A stretch of DNA of 64,000 nucleotides, from contig CAYOXX010000002.1 in NCBI GenBank assembly GCA_964408025.1, positions 6,105 to 70,104 of the forward strand, given 5' to 3'. Each line of letters starts with the position of its first letter. Within the stretch, counting starts at the first letter, position 1. The position numbers and the translations under genes are program-made. The notes below the pieces were generated by a model. The model did not search any database and had not been told where the DNA came from. It worked only from the letters and a program-made list of their open reading frames with translations. This document shows positions 10,002-22,616 of the stretch, one piece after another. Source of the stretch: an uncultured Acidobacteriota bacterium (GTDB lineage: Bacteria; Acidobacteriota; DATKUA01).

Positions 10002-11131
10002 GGCTGATCTGGACGCTCGCCATGAAGGAGTTCATCCACATCAGGCGCGACCCGCGGACGATGGCCTTCATCATCTTCCTGCCGATCATGATGCTGATCA
10101 TCTTGGGCTACGGCGTCAACTTCGACCTCAAGGACATCAGCCTCGCCGTCGTCGACTACGACCGCACTCCGGCCAGCCGCGAGTTCCTCGAGGAGATGAC
10201 CGCCAGCGGCTATTTCTATATCGATGCCTACTACGACTCGATTCGCGAGCTGGATCGCCTGCTCGATCTTCGCGCAGCGCGCGCCGGCGTGGTGATCCCG
10301 CGAGGCTTTCAGCGCGATCTCGAGCGGGGCGAAACGGCGAGCGTACAGTTCCTGCTCGACGGCAGCGACGGCAACACTGCCGCCATCGCCTACGGCTACA
10401 TCGCGGCTGTCTCAAACGGTTACACGTTGGATAAATTGCGCGAGCGTATGGTGGCGGCCGGCCTGGAGCCTCCGCGCGTGATGCCGACGGTCCAGGTTAA
10501 AAACCGCTACTGGTATAACCCGGAGCTCAAGAGCGCTAACTTCATCGTCTCGGGCAGCATCGCCATAATCATGATGATGATCGGCGCGGTGGTCACCGCC
10601 CTCACACTCGTGCAGGAGAAGGAGAGCGGCACCATCGAGCAGCTTATCGTCTCTCCCGTCAGGCCTTTTCAGGTGATCCTGGGCAAGGTTCTCCCCTACC
10701 TTTTTCTCTGCCTCATCGCCCTGCTGCTGGTCCTGGTGGCCGCCTACTGGGTCTTCGGCCTCGAGCTCAAGGGCGACTTGATGCAACTCCTACTGATGGC
10801 TCTCGTCTACGTATTCGGCGTCCTCGGTATCGGTATCTTCGTCTCATCCATCGTCGACGACATGGCCTCGGCGATGCTGTTGGCCGTCCTGCTCTCTATC
10901 CTGCCTTCGGTCTTCTTCTCCGGATTCGTCTTCCCGATACGCAACATGCCGCTGCTGCTGCAGCTGATCACTTACCTGGTGCCGGCCCGCTATTTCCTCA
11001 GTATCATCAGGGGGATATACCTCAAGGGAATCGGCATCGAGATCCTCTGGGGCGAGGTGCTGTTCCTGGTCGCCTTCGCCGTTGTGGTGTTCGGCTTCGC
11101 CTCAACTCGCTTCAAAAAGAGGCTGGATTAG
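9998..11131 (+). CDS. ABC-2 type permease (YbhS-like)
   Basis: KEFIHIRRD, DGSDGN, YNPEL, EKESGTIEQL, multiple TM helices. Confidence 0.9.
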   Translation: MRLIWTLAMKEFIHIRRDPRTMAFIIFLPIMMLIILGYGVNFDLKDISLAVVDYDRTPASREFLEEMTASGYFYIDAYYDSIRELDRLLDLRAARAGVVIPRGFQRDLERGETASVQFLLDGSDGNTAAIAYGYIAAVSNGYTLDKLRERMVAAGLEPPRVMPTVQVKNRYWYNPELKSANFIVSGSIAIIMMMIGAVVTALTLVQEKESGTIEQLIVSPVRPFQVILGKVLPYLFLCLIALLLVLVAAYWVFGLELKGDLMQLLLMALVYVFGVLGIGIFVSSIVDDMASAMLLAVLLSILPSVFFSGFVFPIRNMPLLLQLITYLVPARYFLSIIRGIYLKGIGIEILWGEVLFLVAFAVVVFGFASTRFKKRLD

Positions 11132-11133
11132 CG

Positions 11134-12261
11134 ATGCTAAGACGACTGTACTCGATGATGCACAAGGAGCTTAGGCAGGTCTTCCGCAACAAGCTCACAC
11201 TGAGGATGGTAATCTTCATGCCTATCATTCAGCTCATACTGTTTGGTTACGTCGCCATACTCGATGTCGACAACATCCCGACAGCGGTTATCGACTACAG
11301 TAAGAGTCCCCAGAGCCGCCGCCTGCTGGGCGACTTCGAGAACAGCGGTTACTTCAGGCTAACTCACTACATAGACAGCAAACGGGAGATCGACGGACTC
11401 CTCGACTGCGGAGAAGTCGACCTGGCGATCGTGATACCCGAAGACTTCGCGGTCCGCGTCGCCAACGGCGAGCCGACCGAGGTATTGGGAGTCATCGACG
11501 GCTCCGACTCGAACACCGCCATCACCGTCGGCAACTACTTCGTCGGAATCGCCACACGCTTCGCCATTAACGTCGCCGCGCGCGCCGTCGCCGACAGTAT
11601 TGAAGGTATAACCGTCCCACTGGAAGAACGTACCAGAGTTTTCTTCAATCCCACGATGGAGAGCATCTACTACCTGGTGCCGGGCATCATCGCCGTCCTG
11701 TTGATCATGCTGCTCATCCTGCTCTCGGCGATCAGCATCGTGCGCGAGCGCGAACAGGGGACGCTCGAGCAGCTGATGGTGACGCCGATCCGGATCACCG
11801 AGATGGTGATGGGCAAGACCATCCCCTTCATGCTCATCGGCTACGTGATCGTATGCCTGATCACCGTCGTCGGCACCCTCTGGTTCGGCGTGCCGATCCG
11901 AGGCAACCTCGGCGTCCTGATGGCCCTCAGCGGCCTCTACATGCTCTCGGCGCTCGGCCTCGGGATGCTGGTCAGCTCGCTGGCCCACACGCAGCAGCAG
12001 GCGATGATGCTCGCCATGTTCTTCATCATCCCGCAGATCCTGCTCTCCGGCTTTATCTTCCCGATAGAGAGCATGCCGGAAGTGTTGCAGTGGTTGACGC
12101 TCGTCATCCCGGCGCGCTACTTCCTGATAATTATCCGCGGCGTATTCCTAAAGGGGGTGGGATTCGCCGAGCTGATACCGGAAACGCTGGGGCTGGCCGT
12201 CCTGGCGGCCGCGATCTTCGGCCTCGCGATCTTCAGGTTCAGCCGCAGGCTGGAGCTCTGA
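11134..12261 (+). CDS. ABC-2 type permease (YbhR-like)
   Basis: KELRQVFR, DGSDSN, FNPTM, EREQGTLEQL, LSGFIFPIESMP. Confidence 0.9.
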   Translation: MLRRLYSMMHKELRQVFRNKLTLRMVIFMPIIQLILFGYVAILDVDNIPTAVIDYSKSPQSRRLLGDFENSGYFRLTHYIDSKREIDGLLDCGEVDLAIVIPEDFAVRVANGEPTEVLGVIDGSDSNTAITVGNYFVGIATRFAINVAARAVADSIEGITVPLEERTRVFFNPTMESIYYLVPGIIAVLLIMLLILLSAISIVREREQGTLEQLMVTPIRITEMVMGKTIPFMLIGYVIVCLITVVGTLWFGVPIRGNLGVLMALSGLYMLSALGLGMLVSSLAHTQQQAMMLAMFFIIPQILLSGFIFPIESMPEVLQWLTLVIPARYFLIIIRGVFLKGVGFAELIPETLGLAVLAAAIFGLAIFRFSRRLEL

Positions 12262-12312
12262 TCCCGGTAGAGACGACTACCTGGCCGCCGTGCCGTTTCT
12301 CCTCGCTAATTC

Positions 12313-14745
<2,433 letters not shown>

Positions 14746-14845
14746 TGAATCCTCCGGATATCGGGCGAGCGCCTTCTGCTCGGCGCCTGTACTACAGCCC
14801 ACGGCCTGCTACTTCGGTAAGCCGGCCAACATGTATAGGTTAGGT

Positions 14846-15115
14846 TTACTTTCGCAGTTTTAACCGCTTCAGGATTTCGCGGTAGCGATTCACATCATTC
14901 GCCTTCATGTAGTCGAGCATACGGCGGCGCTGCCCGACCATCTTTAGCAGCCCGCGGCGGGAATGGTGATCCTTCTTGTGGGCCTTGAAGTGCCCCGATA
15001 GCTGATTGATACGCTCGCTCAGGAGCGCTATCTGCACTTCCGGGGAGCCGGTATCCATACCGTGAAGGCGAAACTTCTCTATTACCTCCGCCTTGTCTTC
15101 TTTGCTCAGTGGCAC
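14846..15115 (-). CDS. rpsO: 30S ribosomal protein S15
   Basis: [24 protein letters not shown]; canonical rpsO-pnp order. Confidence 0.98.
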   Translation of the reverse strand: MPLSKEDKAEVIEKFRLHGMDTGSPEVQIALLSERINQLSGHFKAHKKDHHSRRGLLKMVGQRRRMLDYMKANDVNRYREILKRLKLRK

Positions 15116-15233
15116 GTCGCTTCCTCTTCAGTATCGTCTCGTTTCCTGCCGCCTACCGGCGTCTTCCCTCGCTAATACTAGCACAACGCCCGCGGCCAGA
15201 GCAAGCTTAGCCGCGGCGACGATTCGGCCCCCC

Positions 15234-16211
15234 TCAGGAGCGCGAGTCGCGGATGAGCCTCGCCACCTCCGGCACGACCTGGAAGAGATCGCCTACGATG
15301 CCGAAGTCGCAGTGCTGGAACAGCGGCGCGTCTGCATCCTTGTTGACCGCCACGATCGTCTTCGACGAGCTCATGCCGGCCAGATGCTGGATGGCGCCGC
15401 TGATGCCAATGGCTATGTAGAGGTCGGGCGACACGGTCTTGCCGGTCTGTCCCACCTGGTGCTTGTGGTCGATCCAGCCGGCGTCTACTGTGGCCCTCGA
15501 GGCGCCAACCGCCGCGCCCAGCGCGTCGGCCAGCTCGCGAATGAGTGCGTAATTTTCGGGGCCCTTGATGCCGCGGCCGCCGGAGACAACTATAGTGGCT
15601 TCTGCCACGTCGAGTTCGCCTTCCTCTGCGGCCACCAGCTGCACGCTCCCCGGATCGGCCCCGCTCATTTCGACCGCCAGCTCAACCAGCTCGGGATCGC
15701 CGGGCTCGTCCACCGGGGTTGCTGCGAAGACGTTGGGCCGCAGGCTCAGCATCAGCGGGTACGATCTCGAGCGGTAGTCGGCGAAGCACTTGCCGGCGTA
15801 GATCGGCTTGCGCACCCGCAGGGCGCTGCCGTCGGCCGCGATCGCCGTGACGTCGCTGCAGAGCCCGCAGTGCGCCAGGGCGGCGCACAGCGGCGCCAGG
15901 TCCTTGCCCATGGCGGTCGCCGAGAAGAGGACCAGCCTGGCGTCAAGCTCGGCCATCGCCTTGACGACGGCCTGCGCGTACGACCGGTTCCTGTAGTCCG
16001 CCAGATCCGGGCTGTCGGCGAGATAGATCTTCGCCGGCCCGTAGGCCTTCAGCTCTTCCGCCGGCGCTCCCAGACCGCTACCAACGGCCAAGGCGGCCAG
16101 TTGACCGCCGAGTTCCGCGGCCAGGGCACGGCCTTGGGTGAGGGCCTGCAGCGACTGCGGCTTTATCTGCCCGCCGCGCTGCTCTATGAATACTAGGATT
16201 CCATCCGGCAT
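15234..16211 (-). CDS. etfA: Electron transfer flavoprotein alpha subunit
   Basis: [33 protein letters not shown]. Confidence 0.95.
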   Translation of the reverse strand: MPDGILVFIEQRGGQIKPQSLQALTQGRALAAELGGQLAALAVGSGLGAPAEELKAYGPAKIYLADSPDLADYRNRSYAQAVVKAMAELDARLVLFSATAMGKDLAPLCAALAHCGLCSDVTAIAADGSALRVRKPIYAGKCFADYRSRSYPLMLSLRPNVFAATPVDEPGDPELVELAVEMSGADPGSVQLVAAEEGELDVAEATIVVSGGRGIKGPENYALIRELADALGAAVGASRATVDAGWIDHKHQVGQTGKTVSPDLYIAIGISGAIQHLAGMSSSKTIVAVNKDADAPLFQHCDFGIVGDLFQVVPEVARLIRDSRS

Positions 16212-16223
16212 CTCTCGAACCCC

Positions 16224-17018
16224 TCAGATCACTTTCGCTTCGTTTCTCATCCAGTCGACCAGCTTTGCCGCAGCGCCGGCGGGATCGTCTCCCGCCTCGA
16301 TTAAAATCCCCTCGCCGCGGGGTGGCGGCATCTCTATGCCCGTCAGCTCCATCGCCGCACCCTCCTCTGCGAGTATGCCGTGGTTGACGTCCAGGTCGGC
16401 GGGCGAGATCTCCTCGATCTGCGCCCGCTTGGCGGCCATGATCCCCTTCAGCGACGGGTAGCGTGGCTCGTTGAGACCCTTCTCGGCGCTTACGACGGCC
16501 GGCAGGGCCGCCTCTACCACTTCGGTCATCCCCTCGATCTGGCGGTGGGCGGTAAAACCGCCCCCGGCGATCTCCAGCTTGCTGACGGTCGTCACGACGG
16601 GCAGGCCGAGCAGGACTGCCAGCATCTGGGGCACCTGGCCGTTGTCGGTGCCGATCGCCTGCTTGCCGCAGATGATCAGCTCGTAGGGCCGGTCCTTGAT
16701 CGCCGCCGCCAAGAGCGAGGCCAGCGCGAAGCTGTCGCAGCCGGCCGCCTCCTCGAGCTTGATCCTCACCGCCGCGTCAGCGCCCATCGCCAGGCCGGTT
16801 CGCAGCGCCTGAGTCGAGCCGGCATCGCCTACCGTGATCACGGTGACGCTGCCCTCCCCGGCCTTCTCCTTGAGCTGGAGCGCCTCTTCGATGGCGATCT
16901 CGTCGAACGGGTTGACCTCCATCTTTACGCCGGTCAGGTCGAGAGAGCGGCCGTCGGCGGCGATCTTCACCCGGATTTCCGTCTCGGGAACCTGCTTTAT
17001 AGGCACGATTACATTCAT
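16224..17018 (-). CDS. etfB: Electron transfer flavoprotein beta subunit
   Basis: IKQVPET, NPFDEIAIEEAL, LAMGAD, GKQAI, NEPRYPSL. Start MNVIVP after GGAGG. Confidence 0.95.
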   Translation of the reverse strand: MNVIVPIKQVPETEIRVKIAADGRSLDLTGVKMEVNPFDEIAIEEALQLKEKAGEGSVTVITVGDAGSTQALRTGLAMGADAAVRIKLEEAAGCDSFALASLLAAAIKDRPYELIICGKQAIGTDNGQVPQMLAVLLGLPVVTTVSKLEIAGGGFTAHRQIEGMTEVVEAALPAVVSAEKGLNEPRYPSLKGIMAAKRAQIEEISPADLDVNHGILAEEGAAMELTGIEMPPPRGEGILIEAGDDPAGAAAKLVDWMRNEAKVI

Positions 17019-17106
17019 CCGGTATTCCTCCCTTAGGCTCTTGTTGGGATATCGCTGCGTCCGGGCTGCTCCGGCCCCGCCGCTCCCCATCCCCGCGAGC
17101 TTCCAA

Positions 17107-18363
17107 TTAGCCCGTGAAGCGCTTGAACAGGATCGCGGCGTTCGTCCCCCCGAAGCCGAAGGAGTTTGTCAGGGCGTAGTCGATCTTCATCTCCCGAACC
17201 CCCTCGGTGACGAAATCGAGGTCGCACTCCGGGTCGGGAACCTCGATGTTGATCGTCGGGTGAACCTTCTGCTCGCGGATGCTCAGCACGGTAACCGCGG
17301 TCTCGACGCCGCCCGCGGCCCCGAGCAGGTGGTCGATCTCCGATTTCGTGGAGCTGATCGCCAGCTTGTAGGCGTGCGCGCCGAAGGTCGCCTTGAGCGA
17401 GATCACCTCCGCGCGGTCCCCCGAGGGCGTGGCGGTGCCGTGAGCGTTTATGTAGTCGACTTCCTGCGGCCGGATGCCGGCGTCGTTGATGGCGTTGAGC
17501 ATTACGCGCCGCGCCCCGTCGCCGTCCTCGCACGGCGCCGTCATGTGGAAGGCGTCGGAGCTCATGCCGTAGCCGACAACCTCAGCGTAGATGTCTGCTC
17601 CCCGCCCGAGCGCGAACTCCAGATCTTCGAGCAGAACCAGGCCGGCGCCCTCGCCGATGACGAAGCCGTCCCGCTCGAGGTCGAACGGCCTGCTCGCCTT
17701 CTGCGGCTCGTCGTTGCGGGTAGAGAGCGCCCGCGCCGCGGCGAAGCCGCCGATTGCCAGCGGCGTTATGACGCTTTCCGATCCCCCGGCGATCATGGCC
17801 ACCGCATCGCCGCGCTGGATGATCTTGAAGCTGTCTCCGATGGCGTGGCAGCCGGTGGAGCAGGCGGTGCTGGTTGCGGAGTTGGGGCCGCGCATGTTGT
17901 ACTTGATCGACACCTGACCGGAGGCCATGTTGACAATCAGCGAGGGGATGAAGAAGGGCGAGAACTTCTTCCACGACTTGCCGTTCTGGCTGGCGTACAT
18001 CGCCTGATGCTGGCGCTCGATCACCGGCAGCCCGCCGATTCCGGAGCCGATGTAGACGCCGATGCGATCCCGGTTGTGCGGTGTAACCTGGAGCTTCGAG
18101 TCGTCCATAACCTGCGCCGCGGCAGCCATCGCGAACTGGATGAAGCGGCCCATCCTGCGCACCTCTTTGAAGTTCATGTAGAGCTTTGGATCGAAGTCCT
18201 TCACTTCGGCCGCGATGCGCACGGGCCAGCCTTCGGTGTCGAAGGTGGTTATCTCGCCGACACCGCTGCGCCCTTCCAGCAGGGCTTCCCAAGTCTCCCC
18301 GGTGGTGTTGCCGACTGGGGTGACCACGCCGAGTCCGGTTACGACAACTCTTCTGGCTTCCAC
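17107..18363 (-). CDS. fabF: 3-oxoacyl-ACP synthase II
   Basis: RRVVVTGLG, TACSTG, NAHGT, HLLGAAG, NSFGFGG; GTG start. Confidence 0.95.
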   Translation of the reverse strand: MEARRVVVTGLGVVTPVGNTTGETWEALLEGRSGVGEITTFDTEGWPVRIAAEVKDFDPKLYMNFKEVRRMGRFIQFAMAAAAQVMDDSKLQVTPHNRDRIGVYIGSGIGGLPVIERQHQAMYASQNGKSWKKFSPFFIPSLIVNMASGQVSIKYNMRGPNSATSTACSTGCHAIGDSFKIIQRGDAVAMIAGGSESVITPLAIGGFAAARALSTRNDEPQKASRPFDLERDGFVIGEGAGLVLLEDLEFALGRGADIYAEVVGYGMSSDAFHMTAPCEDGDGARRVMLNAINDAGIRPQEVDYINAHGTATPSGDRAEVISLKATFGAHAYKLAISSTKSEIDHLLGAAGGVETAVTVLSIREQKVHPTINIEVPDPECDLDFVTEGVREMKIDYALTNSFGFGGTNAAILFKRFTG

Positions 18364-18427
18364 TTCTGCTTTCCTCACGACGCGAGCCGCGAACAACCGA
18401 GTGCCCCGAGGGCCCGGCGGCTCGGCG

Positions 18428-18664
18428 TCAGTCCGCGTGCTGTTTGAGGTAATCGATGGCGTCCTGCACCTTGCCGATTTTCTCGGCGTCCTCGTCGGGA
18501 ATTTCCATGTTGAACTCCTCCTCGAACGCCATCACCAGCTCGACCGTGTCGAGCGAGTCCGCGCCCAGATCGTCGACGAAGTGAGCCTCCGGTGTTACTT
18601 CCTCGTCATCCACTCCCAGCTGCTCGACGATGATCTTTTTTACTCTTTCCTCGATAGTGGCCAT
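18428..18664 (-). CDS. acpP: Acyl carrier protein
   Basis: [14 protein letters not shown] phosphopantetheine site. Confidence 0.97.
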   Translation of the reverse strand: MATIEERVKKIIVEQLGVDDEEVTPEAHFVDDLGADSLDTVELVMAFEEEFNMEIPDEDAEKIGKVQDAIDYLKQHAD

Positions 18665-18739
18665 TTAGCAAACCTCCTCTGCTGTCTCGATTGCCTCGGA
18701 TGCCATTGCTTAGATTAAAAAACGCGACGGCCGCGGCCG

Positions 18740-19483
18740 TCACATGTACATCCCTCCGTTCACGTTCAGGACGGCGCCGGTGACGTACGCGGCGCCGTCC
18801 GAGACCAGGAAGAGAACCGCCCTGGCGATGTCCTCCGGCCGCCCCAGCCTCCCCAGCGGCACGTTGGCCATCAGGCGCTGGCGGATCTCGTCGGACAGCG
18901 ATTCGGTCATGGCGGTCTCGATGAAGCCGGGAGCGACGGCGTTGACGGTTATACCGCGCGACCCGAGCTCCCGCGCCGCGCTCTTGGTGAAGCCGATGAG
19001 GCCGGCCTTCGCCGCGCCGTAATTGGTCTGGCCCGGATTACCCATCTGGCCGATAACGCTGGCTATGTTTACTATGCGCCCGTAGCGGCGCTTCATCATA
19101 AAGCGCGAAGCGGCCTGGGTGCAATTGAAAACGCCGGTAAGGTTCACCGCCATCACGTCGTCCCACTGTTCCCGCTTCATCCGTACCAGAAGGTTGTCGC
19201 GCGCGATGCCCGCGTTGTTGACTAGGTGATCGAGGCGACCGAATTCCTCGACCACGGCCTCCACCGACCGGCGCGTGCTCTCGGCATCGGCGACATCGAG
19301 TGCGAGGGGCAGGGCCTGGCGGCCGAGCGAGCGCACCTCGCCGGCGACGCGCTCGACCCCGTCTTGCTGTACGTCGCCCAGCGCGACGTCGGCGCCGGCT
19401 GCCGCCAGCTCCAGGGCAATGGCGCGCCCGATCCCTTGCGCCGCCCCGGTGACAATCGAAACACGACCTTCAAGCTCTCCCAT
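18740..19483 (-). CDS. fabG: 3-oxoacyl-ACP reductase
   Basis: TGAAQGIG, NNAGIARD, NYGAAKAG, APGFIET. Confidence 0.95.
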   Translation of the reverse strand: MGELEGRVSIVTGAAQGIGRAIALELAAAGADVALGDVQQDGVERVAGEVRSLGRQALPLALDVADAESTRRSVEAVVEEFGRLDHLVNNAGIARDNLLVRMKREQWDDVMAVNLTGVFNCTQAASRFMMKRRYGRIVNIASVIGQMGNPGQTNYGAAKAGLIGFTKSAARELGSRGITVNAVAPGFIETAMTESLSDEIRQRLMANVPLGRLGRPEDIARAVLFLVSDGAAYVTGAVLNVNGGMYM

Positions 19484-19488
19484 CGCCG

Positions 19489-20430
19489 CTACTCCTCCAT
19501 CCGCAGTGCAGACAGCGTTGCCCCGAGCGACTCGACATCCTCGACGTTGAGGCAGGCTACCGACCGGTCTATCCGTTTAATGAGCCCGCAGAGAACCCTG
19601 CCCGGCCCGAATTCGACCACCGTATCGATTCCCATCTCCACGACGCGGCGTACCGTCTCCTCCCAGCGCACCGGCGACACGACCTGCTTAACCAGCCCCC
19701 GCCTGGCGGCCTCGCCGTCGCGCAGCAGCTCGACGTCGGCGTTGTTGACCAGCGGCACCGCCAGCGGCCCGAAAGGTATCGCGGCCAGGACGCCGCGCAT
19801 GCCGTCCTGGGCCGGCCTCATCAGGCTGCTGTGGAACGGCGCGCTCACCTGCAGCCGCAGGGCCCGCTTGGCCCCGCGCTTCCTGGCGATCTCAACCGCC
19901 CTGCCGACGGCGCCAACCTGCCCGGCGATCACTATCTGGCCGGGGCAATTGACGTTGGCCAGCTCGAGTACCTCGCCCTCGGCCGCCGCGCAGCAGATCG
20001 AGGCCACCTCCTCGGTACCCATACCGATGATCGCGGCCATCGCGCCCTGGCCGACCGGCACCGCCTCCTGCATCAGCTCACCGCGGCGCCGCACTGCGTA
20101 GGCAGCGTCCCCGAGGCCGAGGCAGCCGGCGGCCACCAGCGCAGAGTACTCGCCGAGGCTGTGGCCGGCGACCACGTCGGGCTTAATCCCCTCCGAGTCC
20201 ACGATCCGCCAGGCCGCGAGGCTGACGGTGAGTATCGCCGGCTGCGTGTTGGCAGTCAGGGAAAGCTCGCTCTCCGGCCCCTTGAAGCAGAGCCGGGCGA
20301 TCGGCAGGCCTAATCGCTTCTCCGCCTGCTCGAACGTCTCCCGCGCCTGGTGGTGGGCTCGGTAGAGCTCACTACCCATGCCGACGTACTGCGAACCCTG
20401 ACCCGGGAAGACGAATGCGAGTTTGCCCAT
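19489..20430 (-). CDS. fabD: Malonyl-CoA:ACP transacylase
   Basis: FPGQGSQ, GHSLGEY, VSAPFHS. Confidence 0.96.
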   Translation of the reverse strand: MGKLAFVFPGQGSQYVGMGSELYRAHHQARETFEQAEKRLGLPIARLCFKGPESELSLTANTQPAILTVSLAAWRIVDSEGIKPDVVAGHSLGEYSALVAAGCLGLGDAAYAVRRRGELMQEAVPVGQGAMAAIIGMGTEEVASICCAAAEGEVLELANVNCPGQIVIAGQVGAVGRAVEIARKRGAKRALRLQVSAPFHSSLMRPAQDGMRGVLAAIPFGPLAVPLVNNADVELLRDGEAARRGLVKQVVSPVRWEETVRRVVEMGIDTVVEFGPGRVLCGLIKRIDRSVACLNVEDVESLGATLSALRMEE

Positions 20431-20433
20431 CTG

Positions 20434-21594
20434 CTATCCTTCGTGCCTGGCTGCCTCCTTGATCAACGCCAGCGCGATCGTGTTGCGCTGAATCTCGTTG
20501 GTCCCCTCGTAGATCTGCAGGATCTTGGCGTCGCGCATCAGCTTCTCCACCGGGTACTCGCGCATGAATCCGTAGCCCCCGAACACCTGCACCGCGTTGA
20601 TGGCCGCCCGCATTGCCACGTCGGAGGCGAAGCACTTGCTCATCGCCGCCTCCTTGGCGAACGAGCGCACGCCGCGGTCGATGTTGAGGCAGGTGATGTA
20701 GACCAGCGCCCGTGCCGCTTCGGTCTCGATTGCCATATCGGCCAGCATGTGCTGGACTGCCTGGAAGGCGGCTATCGGCTGGCCGAACTGGCGGCGTGTG
20801 CGGGCGTAGCCGACGGCGTGGTCCAGGGCCCCCTGCGCGAGACCAACCGCCTGGGCGCCGACGCCCACGCGCGCCCTGTCAAGCGTGCGGACGGTGGTCA
20901 GCAGCCCCGTTCCGGGGCGGCCGAGTATGTTCTCTGCCGGGATGCGGCAGTCTTCGAAGATCACCTCGCGCGTGGAGGAGCAGCGGATACCGAGCTTCTT
21001 TTCTTTGGCGCCGAAGCTCAGCCCCGGACTCTCGGCCTCGACTAGGAGAGCGCTGATGCCGCGGGCACCCCTAGTCTTGTCGGTCACGGCGATCACCGTG
21101 TAGAGGTCGGCCTCGCCGCTGTTTGTGATCCACTGCTTGCAGCCGTTGAGCACCCATTCGTCGCCGTCACGCGCGGCGGTGGTTCTGATGGCCATGGCGT
21201 CGCTGCCGGCCTCCGCTTCCGTCAGGCAGAAGGCGGTCAGGTGCTCACCGGCGGCTATTGGCGGCAGGTATCGCTTCTTTTGCTCTTCGGTGCCGCTGAA
21301 CAGTAGCGGGAAGGCCCCCAGGGCGTTCGCCGCGTAGCTTGTGCTGACACCGAGGCAGGCCTTGCTCAGCTCCTCGGTGACGATGGAGAGTTCGGTCATG
21401 CCACCGCCGAAGCCGCCATACTCCTCCGCCAAGTAGACGCCGAGCAGCCCGGACTTGGCCAGGTGCTCGAGAATCCGCCGCGGGAACTCCTCCTCCTCGT
21501 CCAGGGCGGCGGCGACGGGACGGACCTCGCTCTCCGCTATCCTGCGCGCCAGATTCTGGATCTCCTGCTGCTCTTCCGTAAAGAAGTATTCCAT
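20434..21594 (-). CDS. Acyl-CoA dehydrogenase family flavoprotein (short-chain/butyryl-CoA type)
   Basis: FCLTEAEAGSD, KQWITN, EKKLGIR, RRQFGQPI, QVFGGYG, catalytic QIYEGTNEIQR. Confidence 0.93.
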   Translation of the reverse strand: MEYFFTEEQQEIQNLARRIAESEVRPVAAALDEEEEFPRRILEHLAKSGLLGVYLAEEYGGFGGGMTELSIVTEELSKACLGVSTSYAANALGAFPLLFSGTEEQKKRYLPPIAAGEHLTAFCLTEAEAGSDAMAIRTTAARDGDEWVLNGCKQWITNSGEADLYTVIAVTDKTRGARGISALLVEAESPGLSFGAKEKKLGIRCSSTREVIFEDCRIPAENILGRPGTGLLTTVRTLDRARVGVGAQAVGLAQGALDHAVGYARTRRQFGQPIAAFQAVQHMLADMAIETEAARALVYITCLNIDRGVRSFAKEAAMSKCFASDVAMRAAINAVQVFGGYGFMREYPVEKLMRDAKILQIYEGTNEIQRNTIALALIKEAARHEG

Positions 21595-21614
21595 TACCTC
21601 TCCCCGCTCTTTTC

Positions 21615-22598
21615 CTAAAGGCGCAGCAGCATTGCGCCCCAGGTGACGCCGCCCCCGAAGGCGGTCAGCAGCACGAGGCTGCCCTCACCGATGCGCCCGG
21701 AGAGCAGGTTCTCGTGCAGCCCAATAGGAATGGTCGCCGAGGAGCTGTTGCCGATGCGGTCGATGTTGGAGTAGACAACATCCGGGCCCAAGCCTAGCCG
21801 CTGGGCGACGCCGTCGGTGATCCGCTGGTTCGCCTGGTGCGGAATTACCAGGTCGAGGTCCTCGGGGCCGTAGCCGGCCTCCTTGAGGACCTGCTTGCTG
21901 GAGTCGGCCATCGCCCTCACGGCAACCTTGAACAGCTCGTTGCCGCGCATCTTTATGTAGTGTCGGCCGCTGGCCAGTACCGCCTCGCTGAATGGCTCAC
22001 GCGTACCGCCGGCCGGCACGTTGAGCACGTCCGCGAAGTTGCCGTCGCTGCCGATCGTGGAGGCCAGGAAACCGCGGCCCTCGGGCACGCGGCCGACCAC
22101 GGCGGCGCCGGCGCCGTCGGCGAAGAGGACGCATGTGGCGCGGTCGGTCCAGTCGGTCCACTTGCTGAGTAGCTCGCTGCCGATCACCAGGATCTTCTCT
22201 GAGGATCCGTCCCTGACGAACTTTTCAGCGACCGAGAGGCCGTAGATGAAGCCGCTGCAGGCGGCCGAGATGTCGAAGGCGGCGGCGTTGGAGGCGCCCA
22301 GTTCGGCCTGGATCAGGCAGGCTGTAGCGGGCAACGGCATGTCGGGCGTCACCGTGGCGCAGATCAGCATATCGAGCTCGTCGGCGCCTACGCCGGACCG
22401 CTCGAGAGCCTCGCAGCCGGCCCTGATGGCGAAGGTCGAGTTGCACTCGTCGGGGCGGGCTATCGTCCGCTGGCGGATGCCGGTTCGCGAGCGGATCCAC
22501 TCGTCGCTGGTATCGACTATCTTCTCAAGATCGAAATTGGTCACTATGTTGTCGGGCAGCGCCGCGCCGGTCCCGATGATCCCCGCGTTGAAGGCCAA
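21615..22598 (-). CDS. fabH: 3-oxoacyl-ACP synthase III
   Basis: TSDEWIRSRTGI, AACSGF, PHQAN, GNSS, AFGGG. Confidence 0.95.
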   Translation of the reverse strand: MAFNAGIIGTGAALPDNIVTNFDLEKIVDTSDEWIRSRTGIRQRTIARPDECNSTFAIRAGCEALERSGVGADELDMLICATVTPDMPLPATACLIQAELGASNAAAFDISAACSGFIYGLSVAEKFVRDGSSEKILVIGSELLSKWTDWTDRATCVLFADGAGAAVVGRVPEGRGFLASTIGSDGNFADVLNVPAGGTREPFSEAVLASGRHYIKMRGNELFKVAVRAMADSSKQVLKEAGYGPEDLDLVIPHQANQRITDGVAQRLGLGPDVVYSNIDRIGNSSSATIPIGLHENLLSGRIGEGSLVLLTAFGGGVTWGAMLLRL

Positions 22599-22616
22599 TC
22601 TGCTTCTCCTGATTGT

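Noticed and set aside
15234-17018. Electron-bifurcating Etf
   Set aside because: EtfB motifs (NPFD, AIGTDNGQV, PRYPSL) resemble non-bifurcating groups, so bifurcation is not claimed without a phylogeny.
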